Assembly: GCA_003021505.1 (NCBI GenBank)
Contig: PXPT01000182.1
Coordinates: 531-64,530 of the forward strand
Reading direction: 5' to 3'
DNA from: Cyanobacteria bacterium QS_4_48_99
GTDB lineage: Bacteria > Cyanobacteriota > Cyanobacteriia > Cyanobacteriales > Rubidibacteraceae
Length of the DNA stretch: 64,000 nucleotides
Positions 20,181 through 30,877 of this stretch are shown in pieces; position 1 is the first letter of the stretch; each line of letters begins with the position of its first letter. The translations under genes were made by a program, and so were the position numbers. Under the pieces are notes generated by a model that did not search any database, had not been told where the DNA came from, and was given only the letters and a program-made list of their open reading frames with translations.

Positions 20181-21479
20181 ATGACGCTGGAGAAGCCCAC
20201 CCCCACTCCCTCAACTTCCCAAATCGGCTTGGACTATGACGTTGCTATTGTTGGTGGTGGCGTGACTGGGGTAACTCTAGCTTGTGCTATCAAAGACTCT
20301 GGGTTGAGTGTGGCACTGATTGAAGCTCAACCGCGCTCAAAAGTGATCGCCAAGGAGCAATCCTACGCGATTTCTTTGCTTTCGAGTCGCGTTTTTGAGG
20401 GAATCGGTGTCTGGGAGAGGATATTACCTCAAATTGCCCAATTTCGCCATATTCGTCTTTCTGATGCTGATCATGCAGGAGTGGTGCGTTTCGAGACGGC
20501 AGATTTGGGCACAGAAGTCCTTGGTTATGTCGCCGAACATCGGACGCTACTGAGTGCGCTATACGAATTTATCGAACAAGAATGTCCCCACGTAAGCTGG
20601 CTGTCTCCGGCTGAAGTGATGGGAGTGGACTACCAGGATTCTGGGGTAGAGATTGAACTGAAGGTAGAAGGAGAAAAACATCAACTGCGATCGCAACTAT
20701 TAGTGGGGGCAGACGGGGCGCGATCGCGGATTCGCACTGGGGCTGGAATTCGCACTTGGGGCTGGCAATACTGGCAATCCTGCGTTGCCACCACGATCAA
20801 ACACGAAAAATCGCCCAACGATACGGCATTTGAGCGTTTTTGGTCTAGTGGTCCCATGGGCATTCTTCCCCTACCAGGAAACCGCTGCCAAGTCGTCTGG
20901 ACTGCGCCCCATGCTGAGGCAAAAGCGTTGAAAGAATTGGATGAGAAACAGTTTATCGAAAAATTAGAATCCTATACAGGTGGCTTGCTAGGGCGTTTGG
21001 AGTTAGTGAGCGATCGCGTCTTGTTTCCGGTGCAACTCATGCAAAGCGATCGCTATGTTCAGTCTCGACTAGCGCTTATTGGCGATGCAGCTCACTGCTG
21101 TCATCCTGTAGGAGGACAAGGGTTAAACCTCGGCATTCGCGACGCTGCTGCCCTTGCCCAAGTGCTGCAAACTACCCACAAGCGAGGTCAAGATCTCGGC
21201 AATCTCCGCTCTCTGCAAACCTACGAACGCTGGCGCAAGCGGGAAAATCTCACTATTTTAGGCTTCACAGATCTTCTAGATCGGATGTTCTCCAATCATT
21301 GGTTGCCGGCTGTCATGGTTCGCCGTTCTGGTTTATGGATGCTGCGGCGGGTGCGTCCCATTAAAACCTATGCTTTGCAACTGATGACAGGTTTAAGAGG
21401 GCATCTTCCTCAGATAACGAAGCAGAGGGGAGAAAGAGGACAAGGGGACAAGGGGACAAGGGGACAAGGAGGACTCTAA
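20181..21479 (+). CDS. FAD-dependent UbiH/UbiF/Coq6-family hydroxylase (repeat-encoded C-terminal tail)
   Basis: GXGXXG motif VAIVGGGVTG, then GADGARSRIR and LIGDAAHCCHPVGGQGLNLG. The tail QRGERGQGDKGTRGQGGL is encoded by the GGGGACAA octamer array. Confidence 0.85.
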   Translation: MTLEKPTPTPSTSQIGLDYDVAIVGGGVTGVTLACAIKDSGLSVALIEAQPRSKVIAKEQSYAISLLSSRVFEGIGVWERILPQIAQFRHIRLSDADHAGVVRFETADLGTEVLGYVAEHRTLLSALYEFIEQECPHVSWLSPAEVMGVDYQDSGVEIELKVEGEKHQLRSQLLVGADGARSRIRTGAGIRTWGWQYWQSCVATTIKHEKSPNDTAFERFWSSGPMGILPLPGNRCQVVWTAPHAEAKALKELDEKQFIEKLESYTGGLLGRLELVSDRVLFPVQLMQSDRYVQSRLALIGDAAHCCHPVGGQGLNLGIRDAAALAQVLQTTHKRGQDLGNLRSLQTYERWRKRENLTILGFTDLLDRMFSNHWLPAVMVRRSGLWMLRRVRPIKTYALQLMTGLRGHLPQITKQRGERGQGDKGTRGQGGL

Positions 21480-21512
21480 TTTTTCTTTCCCCCATCTCTC
21501 CCTCCTTTCATT
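21421..21512. repeat. GGGGACAA octamer array plus flanking units, spanning both convergent stop codons
   Basis: 'gaggacaaggggacaaggggacaaggggacaaggaggactctaa' ... 'ccccatctctccctcctttcattcctca'. Confidence 0.75.
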
Positions 21513-24500
21513 CCTCATCCATAACTGCTTTGCGATCAAATAGCACTAAACTGCGTAGTTGGTTAGTATCTAGTTCAGTGAGCCACTCTTCGCCAGAATC
21601 TACGGTTTGTTCGGCTAGTCCTTTCTTGCTTTCGATCAAGTCGTTGATGCGCTCTTCTAAGGTTCCAGTGCTGACAAACTTATGTACTTGCACATTGCGC
21701 TTTTGACCAATGCGGAAGGTGCGATCCGTGGCTTGATTTTCCACGGCAGGATTCCACCAGCGATCAACGTGGAAGACGTGGTTTGCCCTAGTCAAGTTTA
21801 AACCTGTGCCACCCGCTTTGAGAGAGAGAATGAACGCACGAGGACCTTCGGGGTCATTTTGGAAGCGATCCACCATTTCTTCGCGCTGCTTCTTGCGAGT
21901 TGCACCGTAGAGAAAGGGAACTTCGCCGCCTAGTCGTTGCTCTAGGTAGGGTTTGAGGAGTTTACCCCACTCAGAAAATTGGGTGAAAATGAGGGCGCGC
22001 TCACCTTCTGCTGCGATCTCTTCTAACATCTCACTTAAGCGTAGTAATTTGCCGGAGCGATCACCACCTTCGAGGCGTTTTTCTTTCAAATAATGCGCTG
22101 GATGATTGCAAAGTTGCTTCAGTTTCATCAGCAGCGTGAGAACTTTTCCTCGCCGTTGGATGCCTTCGGTTTCCTCAATCTCGTTGAGAGATTCATCGAC
22201 TAGCTTTTGATAGAGTGATGCCTGTTCGCTACTAAGCCCACAATAAACATTCATCTCCTGCTTGTCCGGCAAATCTTGGATGATTTCTTTGTCTGTTTTT
22301 ACTCGTCGGAGGATGAAGGGTTGCACAAGCGATCGCAACGTTTGCAACGAATCTCTGTCCCCATATTTCTCAATTGGCATAGCAAAGCGACGCTGAAAAA
22401 ACTGTTGCGTTCCCAAATACCCAGGATTGAGAAAATCCCAAATCGACCACATCTCGGATAAGCGATTCTCAACTGGCGTTCCCGTCAAAGCAATGCGAAA
22501 TCCTGACTCTAACTGACGCACTGCTTGAGATTGCTTGGCTTGGGGATTCTTAATATTCTGTGCCTCATCCAGCACCACTCCTTGCCAACTCACCCCTTGA
22601 AGCGTCTTCGCATCCCGTTGCGCCAGCGCATAACTGGTAATCACTAAATCTTGCTCTTTCACCTGTTTAGTAAACGCCTTCCCTTTACTGCGCTTCTCCC
22701 CATGATGAACAAGCGTCGAGAGAGTGGGAGCAAATCGCTGCACTTCCCGTTGCCAGTTTCCCAGCACTGAGGTGGGACATACGAGTAACGTTGGTGCTTC
22801 CATCTCTCCTCGTTCTTTGAGATGCAACAGAAAGGCAATTAACTCAATCGTTTTACCTAATCCCATGTCGTCTGCGAGACAAGCACCCAGTCCCCAACCT
22901 TCCAGAAATGCCAGCCAGCTTACGCCGCGTGCTTGGTAAGGACGCAGTTGCCCTTGAAAACTTTTTGGCGGCTGAATCGCTTCTAGGGATTTGTTACCCG
23001 TCAGATTGGTAATTAACCCTCGCAGTGCCCCAGAAGCTTCAAAATCAACCACGGGAAGTTTTTCAATCGTCTTGGTATCTCCTTGACTCAAGCGCACTGC
23101 ATCTTCAACAGATAAGCTCATCTGCTCATCCGAAGACTCCAAAACTGCCTGTGCTGCTCGGACATCACTAGGTTGCAGTGCCACCCACTCCCCATTCACC
23201 TCCACTAAGGGGGACTGTTGCGCCAAGAGGCGTTCAAATTCTTCTTTGGAGAGATTTTGCTCTCCAATTGCCAGTTCCCACTTAAAATTGAGTAAACTTT
23301 GTAACCCCAAGCGCTGGGTAGTTTTTTGAGGCGCTTCAGCATTAATTTTAATTCCTAGGCGCTTCTCTGTAGCTCCCGGAGCCAAACCGGGCGGCATGAC
23401 TACGCCTAACCCACTATCAAGTAACTGCCAAGCACTCCCTTTGATAAATTCGTATGCGAGTATGGGATCTAAATGGCACTCATGAGGGCGTGCTTCCTCC
23501 AGACTCGCTGCAATGGGAGAATACAGGCGAGCTGCTGTTCCTAATCCCTTGAGTAGCGTTTCTTGGGGCTGCTCAATGGTGTAACCTCGCTCTACCATTT
23601 GCTCAACTGGATGCTGCCAGATGGTTTCGGCATCCACAAACAATGTTTCCTCGTCAATTGCCTGCAAGCCGTATTGCAACGTCCAATCTGTCTCACCAGA
23701 GGAAGGCGGCTGTAGAGAAAAGCAGGTGCGAAACTGATTTTTCGCCCACTTGTGGATTAACTCCGTGCCCATAGAGTCTTGGACTGGTAAAGTCCAGGTC
23801 TGGAGTGCTGTTTCTAGGCGTTTCACGGTAGTGGGTTCTGCCTCGAAACTCGCCTTTTCTTGCGAGAGCGCCTGTAACCATTGTTTGACGGCTGATTCTT
23901 TGACAGGCGGGAGACTCGTTTCTACCCAAGTGCGTAACTGGGCATCTAGGATGGTACTCAGGAAATCGAGTAAAAGTTCCTGAGGTTCGGGGAGAGAAGT
24001 CCCTTCGGGACTGACGCGCAGACAAGGACACGGGGTTCGAGGTTCCCTCGAACCCGTGAGATGTCCGTGCGGAGAGGGGATGAGAGTGTTGTGTTCCGCA
24101 CTTCTCCCCGCGTCACCGTGTCCTATTTCCCCTCTGCTGTTCGTGTCTCCGCGTCCCCGCGTCCCCGCGTCCCCGCGTCCTCTTTCTCCCCTGCTCCTGT
24201 GCTCCTCTGCTTTTTTCTGCCCCTCTGCTTGGAAGGAAGCAAAATAAGCACGACAAGCATCAGGCATGAGCTTGACAAACTGCCGAAAGCGAGTTTGATC
24301 ATTGGCACTATCGAGTAAGGGTTGCCAGTAACTAGTGACTTTTTCATGCTGGGCAAGTCCTGGTAAAAATTTACACCGCGCTAGTAAATCCAGACTCCAG
24401 CGATAGACTTGTGACCAAAAGCGTAATTCTCCTCCCACATCTATGTCGTGGGCTTGCACCGAAGACAAGGGTAATGCCTGTAAAAAATTTGCTGCCTCGA

Positions 24501-24888
24501 TGGGGTGGAGACGAAATCCCTCTACTTTCCACGGATGTAAAGCGAGTGAGCTATCCTCTGTTGTTTCGGCAGGCATTTTTGCAGACAACATCGGGAAAAG
24601 TGGTTCGCCGTTTTGCGAAACTTGAGTGGGCAAGGTAACTACCTGTGCTTGCCACTTCTGAGTTGTCTCCTCAGCAGGTATAAAGTTTTCTAGGGAGAGA
24701 TTCTGGGACTCTAGAAAGGAGAGTAGTTCTTGCTGTCTCATCCCAAAAGGATGAGAAGAAATCGTTTGAGATTCTTGACTAGATTCCGCAGGCGAGATAG
24801 TACGCCAAGTTTCTCCCCAAATAAAGAGATAACTTCCAATAGACTCTAGAATCCAACTACCGTGTAAACTCGCCATATTCGATTTCAC
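21508..24888 (-). CDS. SNF2-family helicase (large N-terminal region, SNF2_N ATPase, helicase C)
   Basis: LADDMGLGKT (motif I), DEAQNIKN (motif II), and helicase-C motifs LKAGGTGLNLT and QATDRTFRIGQ. It contains an in-frame repeat segment at 24003-24236. Confidence 0.9.
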   Translation of the reverse strand: MKSNMASLHGSWILESIGSYLFIWGETWRTISPAESSQESQTISSHPFGMRQQELLSFLESQNLSLENFIPAEETTQKWQAQVVTLPTQVSQNGEPLFPMLSAKMPAETTEDSSLALHPWKVEGFRLHPIEAANFLQALPLSSVQAHDIDVGGELRFWSQVYRWSLDLLARCKFLPGLAQHEKVTSYWQPLLDSANDQTRFRQFVKLMPDACRAYFASFQAEGQKKAEEHRSRGERGRGDAGTRGRGDTNSRGEIGHGDAGRSAEHNTLIPSPHGHLTGSREPRTPCPCLRVSPEGTSLPEPQELLLDFLSTILDAQLRTWVETSLPPVKESAVKQWLQALSQEKASFEAEPTTVKRLETALQTWTLPVQDSMGTELIHKWAKNQFRTCFSLQPPSSGETDWTLQYGLQAIDEETLFVDAETIWQHPVEQMVERGYTIEQPQETLLKGLGTAARLYSPIAASLEEARPHECHLDPILAYEFIKGSAWQLLDSGLGVVMPPGLAPGATEKRLGIKINAEAPQKTTQRLGLQSLLNFKWELAIGEQNLSKEEFERLLAQQSPLVEVNGEWVALQPSDVRAAQAVLESSDEQMSLSVEDAVRLSQGDTKTIEKLPVVDFEASGALRGLITNLTGNKSLEAIQPPKSFQGQLRPYQARGVSWLAFLEGWGLGACLADDMGLGKTIELIAFLLHLKERGEMEAPTLLVCPTSVLGNWQREVQRFAPTLSTLVHHGEKRSKGKAFTKQVKEQDLVITSYALAQRDAKTLQGVSWQGVVLDEAQNIKNPQAKQSQAVRQLESGFRIALTGTPVENRLSEMWSIWDFLNPGYLGTQQFFQRRFAMPIEKYGDRDSLQTLRSLVQPFILRRVKTDKEIIQDLPDKQEMNVYCGLSSEQASLYQKLVDESLNEIEETEGIQRRGKVLTLLMKLKQLCNHPAHYLKEKRLEGGDRSGKLLRLSEMLEEIAAEGERALIFTQFSEWGKLLKPYLEQRLGGEVPFLYGATRKKQREEMVDRFQNDPEGPRAFILSLKAGGTGLNLTRANHVFHVDRWWNPAVENQATDRTFRIGQKRNVQVHKFVSTGTLEERINDLIESKKGLAEQTVDSGEEWLTELDTNQLRSLVLFDRKAVMDEE
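24003..24236. repeat. Composite repeat element embedded in-frame in the SNF2 helicase gene
   Basis: CCCCGCGT x4, 'gcggagagggg', the hairpin gggttcgag-gttcc-ctcgaaccc, and 'cccctgctcctgtgctcctctgc'. The same modules occur at 43484-43900 and 47215-47398. Confidence 0.75.
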
Positions 24889-24910
24889 CTCATCATCGCA
24901 ACGACACTAG

Positions 24911-25092
24911 CAGGGGAGGGGAAGAAGTGAGGGCGTGAGCACGTGAGAGTGTTTGAGTTTTGAATTGTCTCAACTGCTGACTACGAAGAAGTGAGGCGTG
25001 AGTGCGTGACAAGAGTTGGAAACACCAAACAAATTTTCTATTATTTATTGATTGATGTTTTACTCCTCACCCCTCACTCCTCACTCCGCCCA
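24911..25092. repeat. Composite hairpin repeat (GTGAGNG arrays / diverged core / CCTCAC arrays), inverted orientation
   Basis: 'gaagtgagggcgtgagcacgtgagag...gaagtgaggcgtgagtgcgtgacaagagttggaaacacc...tactcctcacccctcactcctcactcc'. Confidence 0.7.
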
Positions 25093-25186
25093 CCTACATA
25101 GAAACCTCTGCCCAGCTAGCAATGATACATAAGTGCTAGGATTGCCACAGAGAAAGAAAAGTGATGAAGAAGGAAAAAGCGCGCTC

Positions 25187-27343
25187 ATGCAAGAGTTTGA
25201 AAAGTCAATATCCTTTGACGGACGGGATATTAGACTGAAGGTTGGCATGCTTGCACCACAAGCAGGGGGTTCGGTTCTAATTCAGTCTGGAGAAACGGCT
25301 GTTTTAGTAACTGCAACGCGCAGTAGTGGTCGAGAAGGAATTGATTTTCTTCCCCTGTTAGTGGACTACGAAGAAAGATTATACGCAGCAGGTCGCATCC
25401 CTGGGGGATTTCTGCGACGTGAAGGTCGCCCCCCAGAAAAGGTAACGCTCACGAGTCGTCTCATTGACCGTCCTCTGCGTCCCTTACTTCCCCAATGGTT
25501 GCGAGATGATATTCAGATTGTAGCAACTACCCTGTCGCTGGACGAAGAAGTTCCGCCAGATGTGTTGGCGGTTACAGGTGCTTCTATGGCTGTGGCTATG
25601 GCTCAGATTCCGTTCCAGGGACCAATGGCAGCCGTGCGGGTAGGTTTAGTCGGAGACGATTTCGTCATTAACCCCACCTACAAAGAGATTGAGCAAGGAA
25701 ACCTGGATTTAGTCGTGGCTGGCACTCCCGAGGGTGTTGTCATGGTGGAAGCGGGAGCCAATCAACTGCCAGAACAGGATGTCATCGAGGCGATTGAGTT
25801 CGGCTACGAAGCGGTGCAGGATTTGATTCAAGGGCAGCGAGATCTGATGTCTGATCTCGGCATAGAACTAGTTTGGGAGGAGGGACCGGCTGCGAACCCA
25901 AGCTTAGAGGAATTTGTTCGCGATCGCGCCACCGAACCCATCAAAAAGGTTCTCTTACAGTATGACTTAGATAAAAAGGCTCGCGATGCTGCCCTAGATG
26001 AGGTGCGAGAGACGGCAGTGGAAAATGCGATCGCAGAGTTGCCAGAGGATGACCCGCTCAAAGTCGCTACTACAGAAGACAGCAAGGCAGTCGGCAATGC
26101 CTTCAAAGACCTCACCAAACAGCTCATGCGCTCTCAGATTATCAACGAGGGCGTGCGGGTTGATGGTCGCAAACTTGACGAAGTGCGACCTGTATCTTGT
26201 CAAGTCGGCTCCCTTCCCCAGCGGGTACACGGCAGTGGTCTATTTAGCCGAGGACTAACTCAGGTGTTGTCTGTGGTCACGCTGGGAACCCCGGAAGAAG
26301 CGCAAGACCTCGCGGATGATCTAAATCCCAGCGATAAAAAGCGCTATCTACACCACTATAACTTCCCTCCCTATTCAGTGGGAGAGACTAAACCCCTACG
26401 CGCACCAGGAAGGCGCGAAATTGGTCACGGGGCACTAGCAGAACGGGCGATAGTGCCCATGTTACCTTCGCAAGAAGACTTTCCCTATGTGCTGCGGGTA
26501 GTCTCGGAAATCCTCTCTTCCAATGGCTCCACCTCTATGGGTTCTGTTTGTGGCTCCACCCTAGCTTTGATGGATGCTGGCGTTCCCATCGCCAAGCCTG
26601 TCAGTGGTGCGGCAATGGGCTTGATTAAAGAAGGAGAGGAAATCCGCATTCTGACCGATATCCAAGGTTTTGAAGACTTCCTCGGAGATATGGACTTCAA
26701 AGTTGCCGGGACAGATACCGGGATTACAGCTTTGCAGATGGACATGAAAATCACGGGTTTGTCTGTAGAAGTTGTTGCCCAAGCCATTCGGCAGGCTAAA
26801 CCGGCACGGCTACATATCCTGGAAAAAATGATGGAGGCGATTGACAAACCCCGTCAGGAACTCTCGCCTTACGCACCTCGCCTGCTGACTCTCCAGATTG
26901 ATCCCGAGATGATTGGCTTGATTATTGGACCAGGAGGTAAGACCATCAAAGGGATTACGGACCAAACTGGGGCAAAGGTGGACATTGACGATCACGGTAC
27001 TGTAACCGTTTCTGCCGTGGAGGCGGAAAGTGCCCTCAAAGCCATGAACATTGTCAAAGGCATGACCCGCAAGCTTAGTGAAGGAGATGTCTGCGTGGGT
27101 CGTGTTACCCGCATTATCCCGATTGGAGCCTTCGTGGAAGTGCTGCCCGGAAAAGAAGGGATGATTCACATCTCTCAGCTTGCCGATTACCGCGTAGGCA
27201 AAGTTGAGGATGAAGTAGCTGTGGGCGATGAAGTGGTGGTCAAAGTGCGCGAGATCGACAGCAAAAGTCGTCTCAATCTTACTAGGTTGGGAATTCACCC
27301 TGACCAAGCTGCTGCTGCGCGCGAGGCGGCTGCCCAGTCATGA
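25187..27343 (+). CDS. pnp: polynucleotide phosphorylase
   Basis: Two RNase PH domains, a KH domain ([12 protein letters not shown]) and an S1 domain. The ATG at 25187 ([17 protein letters not shown]...) is preferred over the GTG at 25133 used by the ORF track. Confidence 0.95.
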   Translation: MQEFEKSISFDGRDIRLKVGMLAPQAGGSVLIQSGETAVLVTATRSSGREGIDFLPLLVDYEERLYAAGRIPGGFLRREGRPPEKVTLTSRLIDRPLRPLLPQWLRDDIQIVATTLSLDEEVPPDVLAVTGASMAVAMAQIPFQGPMAAVRVGLVGDDFVINPTYKEIEQGNLDLVVAGTPEGVVMVEAGANQLPEQDVIEAIEFGYEAVQDLIQGQRDLMSDLGIELVWEEGPAANPSLEEFVRDRATEPIKKVLLQYDLDKKARDAALDEVRETAVENAIAELPEDDPLKVATTEDSKAVGNAFKDLTKQLMRSQIINEGVRVDGRKLDEVRPVSCQVGSLPQRVHGSGLFSRGLTQVLSVVTLGTPEEAQDLADDLNPSDKKRYLHHYNFPPYSVGETKPLRAPGRREIGHGALAERAIVPMLPSQEDFPYVLRVVSEILSSNGSTSMGSVCGSTLALMDAGVPIAKPVSGAAMGLIKEGEEIRILTDIQGFEDFLGDMDFKVAGTDTGITALQMDMKITGLSVEVVAQAIRQAKPARLHILEKMMEAIDKPRQELSPYAPRLLTLQIDPEMIGLIIGPGGKTIKGITDQTGAKVDIDDHGTVTVSAVEAESALKAMNIVKGMTRKLSEGDVCVGRVTRIIPIGAFVEVLPGKEGMIHISQLADYRVGKVEDEVAVGDEVVVKVREIDSKSRLNLTRLGIHPDQAAAAREAAAQS

Positions 27344-27364
27344 CCGATAATTTTGGATTTTGAC

Positions 27365-27413
27365 GGGGCTTACAAGGCTCCGAACTTGGTTCGGAGCACA
27401 GCCCCTTGATTTT
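27365..27413 (+). terminator. candidate terminator hairpin after pnp
   Basis: The outer stem ggggct...agcccc encloses ctccgaac-ttgg-ttcggag and is followed by ttgatttt. It lies between convergent genes. Confidence 0.4.
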
Positions 27414-27519
27414 AGATTGGAATTTTTTAACTCCCAAATCGTCAATCGTTAATCCAAAATTGGTTGACGCTACACTCCGAGTACGGGCGACCTAGCCATA
27501 CCACCTTTGTTGCCCCTAC

Positions 27520-28848
27520 TTAGGTGTAATCAAAAATGTTGTCCCAAACGTAATCAAGCAATGATTTTGCCTTTTCCAAGGGCAAGACGTGGCAATTCCC
27601 TTGGGAATCTTTTTTTAGCAAAGAAATTTCGGACTTGCTGGCTGAGTCTTTCTTATTCTCGACTAGCTTGCCCTGTATGTCTCCGAGATTACGAATCGGA
27701 CCATTGATATCAAAATCTATTTTTGTATCAAACTTCTGATCCATCCAGGTTTCAATTTGGCTATCTAGCTGCTGAGGTGTCAGTGCTTTTTTACTCGTTA
27801 AGAGGTGATAATAAACTAAAATCATTTCTTTACATTCTGCCTCTTCAGCCGCATCAATTAAAGACTGGAAAACACTAGCGTTATTCGCCATATTCTTAAA
27901 AAATAAGGTATCAGTAACCTTTTTGCGGAATTTTATATGCTTACTTTTATATTTACTGTATTGCTTATAAGCAAATCCGCCTAAGGCAATCAGCAAGGAT
28001 AAAACCGCCACTAAAACAGGCATAATATTACGCACATCCTCTTCGTTGACGTTGAGGTTCTCAATAAAAGATGGACCAAGGGTAAAAAATAAAATTGCAC
28101 CGACGATGATAAGTAGTTTGGGAAGGATTTTCAGGATAACTGGAACCGCTGCCCCAATTCCTGGAACAATCAACATGAGACGATCTTTCCAGGTCATCTT
28201 AATTTTGATGTTAGGAAAGAGAAGTTCTAGGTCAAATTTCGGAATATTTTTGTAAAAGTAAAGATAAGTTTTTCCGGGCTGGAAATCGAGCGCTTCTAAG
28301 TCATCGCCTTGTTCGGTAAAATAATTTTTATTTTTAAATTTAATCAGCAATACTACCCGCTCAAAGGTGTTAATTTTCATTTCGACTTTCCGAAATAGTT
28401 TTTGAACCTGAGTAGTCCTATAAACGTTACCCCGGTAGTAGCAAGCTAGCTCGTCAAAGTTATTCAAATCAACTTCTGTGTTGACTGAAATTAATGACCG
28501 CTCTTCAAAGGCTTTTTTTAAGCTATTTTTGGAAATGGGAATATAATTAGCTCGCTCTAGAATAGTATTAAAGTCATCAATTAGTTGGGTTTCCATCTTT
28601 TCCAACTGGTCTGGAGTTGGTTCAACTCTCGATTTAGTAGCAGCATCGGGACTAAAGGGGGCATAATTATCCTTCAATCGCTCCTGGTAAGAATGGAATT
28701 TAAAATGGTAGTAGGCTACAAGAATGGAGCAGAAATCCCGAAATTTTTGAGCATCAGAGTCAGGCAAATGTCCGTCTTCAATGCAAAGCTCGATAATATC
28801 TGCGCGGCGATAAGGAATAAACGCTTCTCGGTCTTTGTATGAAGCCAT
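27520..28848 (-). CDS. conserved membrane protein, possibly DUF3754 family
   Basis: The ATG at 28848 (MASYKDREAFIPYRRADIIELC...) is preferred over the upstream start. There are two central TM helices. The family name is from memory and unverified. Confidence 0.55.
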   Translation of the reverse strand: MASYKDREAFIPYRRADIIELCIEDGHLPDSDAQKFRDFCSILVAYYHFKFHSYQERLKDNYAPFSPDAATKSRVEPTPDQLEKMETQLIDDFNTILERANYIPISKNSLKKAFEERSLISVNTEVDLNNFDELACYYRGNVYRTTQVQKLFRKVEMKINTFERVVLLIKFKNKNYFTEQGDDLEALDFQPGKTYLYFYKNIPKFDLELLFPNIKIKMTWKDRLMLIVPGIGAAVPVILKILPKLLIIVGAILFFTLGPSFIENLNVNEEDVRNIMPVLVAVLSLLIALGGFAYKQYSKYKSKHIKFRKKVTDTLFFKNMANNASVFQSLIDAAEEAECKEMILVYYHLLTSKKALTPQQLDSQIETWMDQKFDTKIDFDINGPIRNLGDIQGKLVENKKDSASKSEISLLKKDSQGNCHVLPLEKAKSLLDYVWDNIFDYT

Positions 28849-29404
28849 AGTCTTGAATATGCCTCCCAGTTGAAGTGATAAAATGGGACTTTTGCCCAGT
28901 TCGGAGTTTCCTACTTTCAAAAGCCTAGTGCGATACGCCCGGAGGGCGTCATGCCTCCGGCATATCGCGCCTGTTTTTGATTAGTGTATGAAGCTGGAGT
29001 TTTTCGCCTCTATTTCCTCTCAACTAACAATTCTAATTGGAAAGCGATACGCGCGCAGAAGGACAGGGGGCGGGGTTTTCAAGGTGCCGAATTCACTTTG
29101 GCACACAGCCCCTTGCGAAATGAATTCGCCCCGCAAGAGATGTCGGTCGCGTCAAGCCTCCGGGTGATCGCGTCTTGCTTGCAAGGCACTGAAGGTAAAA
29201 GCACCTGAAAGGGTGTGTTTAGCGGTTTCAGTATAAAATGAAACAATTAAATATTGTTGAAAATAGATAACTTTCTTAAACGAATTGGGATTTTCTCTTA
29301 AAAAATAATATAATAGTAGCAATAAAATAATTTTATCAAGGAAATCAAGGAACGCAGTCATTGCTTGTTGCAGCAAAAAGATTTAAGAGATTTAAGGGGG
29401 ACTG

Positions 29405-30877
29405 ATGGTAACAGCTACAGTGCCAGAACAGGAGCTTAAAATCGGTTCGACTCAGTTGTTAATTAACAATGAGTGGGTGAACAGCAGCAGCGGTAGTCGG
29501 TTCGAGACTATTAACCCCGCCACAGGTGAGACGATTTGCGATGTTGCTGAGGGAGACGCCCCAGATGTGGATCAAGCAGTGGAAGCGGCAAAAGCTGCCT
29601 TCTATAGCGGGGAATGGCGAAACATGTCTGCTCGCAGTCGCGGCAAGTTGCTCTACAAGCTAGCCGACTTAATCGAGGAGAATCAGGAAGAACTGGCGCG
29701 GCTAGAAAGCCTCGACAACGGCAAACCGCTGACGGAATCGCAGAACCTAGACCTGCCGTTTGTAATTGCGTGCTACCGCTACTACGCAGGCTGGGCGGAC
29801 AAGATCCAAGGCAAGACGATTCCAGTTGACGGTTCTTACTTCTGCTATACGCGGCGTGAGCCAGTGGGTGTGGTTGGTCAGATTATTCCTTGGAACTTCC
29901 CCCTACTCATGCAGTCGTGGAAGTTGGCACCAGCACTAGCTGCTGGCAACACGGTGGTTCTCAAAACGGCTGAGCAGACGCCCCTATCAGCGCTGCGAGT
30001 GGGCGAACTGATTCTGGAAGCTGGTTTCCCTGCTGGCGTGGTCAACATTCTATCGGGTTACGGACCAACGGCTGGGGCAGCGATCGCCAATCACATGGAG
30101 ATCGATAAAGTCGCCTTTACGGGCTCAACAGAGGTAGGGCGCTTGGTGATGGAGGCAGCAGCCAAGAGCAACCTCAAGCGCGTCACCCTAGAATTGGGCG
30201 GCAAGAGTCCCAACATCGTCTTTGCTGACGCCGATATGGATGCAGCGGTTGAAGGTGCCCACTTGGGCTTATTCTTCAACCAAGGTGAGTGCTGCAACGC
30301 CGGTTCGCGGGTGTTTGTGGAAGAAAAATGCTATGACGAGTTTGTCGCCAAGAGCGTTGAAAAAGCGCGGCAGCGCACTGTCGGCAATCCCTTTGACCCC
30401 ACCACCAAGCAAGGAGCGCAGGTAGACCAAGCCCAGTTCGACAAGGTGATGAGTTACATCGAGGCTGGACAAAGTGAGGGAGCAAGGATGCTGTGTGGCG
30501 GCAATCGAGTTGGCGATCGCGGATTTTTCATTGAGCCCACTGTGTTTGCTGATGTGGACAACAACATGAAGATTGCCCAAGAGGAAATCTTCGGTCCGGT
30601 AATGAGCATTATTAAGTTCAGAGACATCGACGAGGCGATTCAACTGGCGAACACTACGATGTATGGACTGGCGGCGGGTGTGTGGACAAAGGATGTTACC
30701 AAGGTGCACGCAATCTCCAATAATGTCCGCGCCGGTACTGTTTGGGTGAATTGCTATCACGCCTTTGACACGGCTGCACCATTTGGCGGGTTCAAGCAAT
30801 CCGGCATAGGTCGTGAACTAGGCGAGCCTTGCCTGGAAAATTACACTGAAACCAAAACAGTCACAATTCGACTGTAG
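29405..30877 (+). CDS. NAD(P)-dependent aldehyde dehydrogenase
   Basis: [20 protein letters not shown] (catalytic Cys) and the [13 protein letters not shown] motif. Confidence 0.92.
   Translation: MVTATVPEQELKIGSTQLLINNEWVNSSSGSRFETINPATGETICDVAEGDAPDVDQAVEAAKAAFYSGEWRNMSARSRGKLLYKLADLIEENQEELARLESLDNGKPLTESQNLDLPFVIACYRYYAGWADKIQGKTIPVDGSYFCYTRREPVGVVGQIIPWNFPLLMQSWKLAPALAAGNTVVLKTAEQTPLSALRVGELILEAGFPAGVVNILSGYGPTAGAAIANHMEIDKVAFTGSTEVGRLVMEAAAKSNLKRVTLELGGKSPNIVFADADMDAAVEGAHLGLFFNQGECCNAGSRVFVEEKCYDEFVAKSVEKARQRTVGNPFDPTTKQGAQVDQAQFDKVMSYIEAGQSEGARMLCGGNRVGDRGFFIEPTVFADVDNNMKIAQEEIFGPVMSIIKFRDIDEAIQLANTTMYGLAAGVWTKDVTKVHAISNNVRAGTVWVNCYHAFDTAAPFGGFKQSGIGRELGEPCLENYTETKTVTIRL

Noticed and set aside
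24150-24182. Tandem short repeats (CCCCGCGT x4 here; GGGGACAA x4 at ~21438-21470; GTGAGGA x4 at ~59367-59394) considered as possible CRISPR arrays
   Set aside because: The units are only 7-8 nt and directly abutting, with no 25-40 nt spacers, and no cas genes are present. They fit STRR-type microsatellite-like repeats instead.
21508-24888. SNF2 helicase considered as part of a DISARM/BREX-like defence system
   Set aside because: There is no adjacent methyltransferase, PLD nuclease, DUF1998 or other partner. The neighbours are a UbiH-like hydroxylase and pnp. It looks like the conserved stand-alone cyanobacterial SNF2 protein.
25133-25186. N-terminal extensions suggested by the ORF track: pnp from the GTG at 25133, psaC from 37422, glmS from 37959, rsfS from 42710, ycf36 from 42291, pyrC-like from 59904, the ABC ATPase from 50156 and the DUF3754-like gene from 28920
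   Set aside because: In each case an internal ATG reproduces the canonical family N-terminus (for example MCGIVGY for GlmS and MSHSVKIYD for PsaC). The extensions run into repeats, terminators or neighbouring genes.
26810-27307. 165-aa antisense ORF inside pnp. Similar long shadow ORFs are 30269-30799 in the aldehyde dehydrogenase gene, 13729-14163 in glnA, 57693-58130 in purH, 42032-42493 across ycf36/rsfS and 58973-59377 in the pyrC-like gene.
   Set aside because: Each lies entirely within, and antisense to, a gene with strong full-length family signatures. Their compositions look like typical frame shadows and they have no recognisable motifs.
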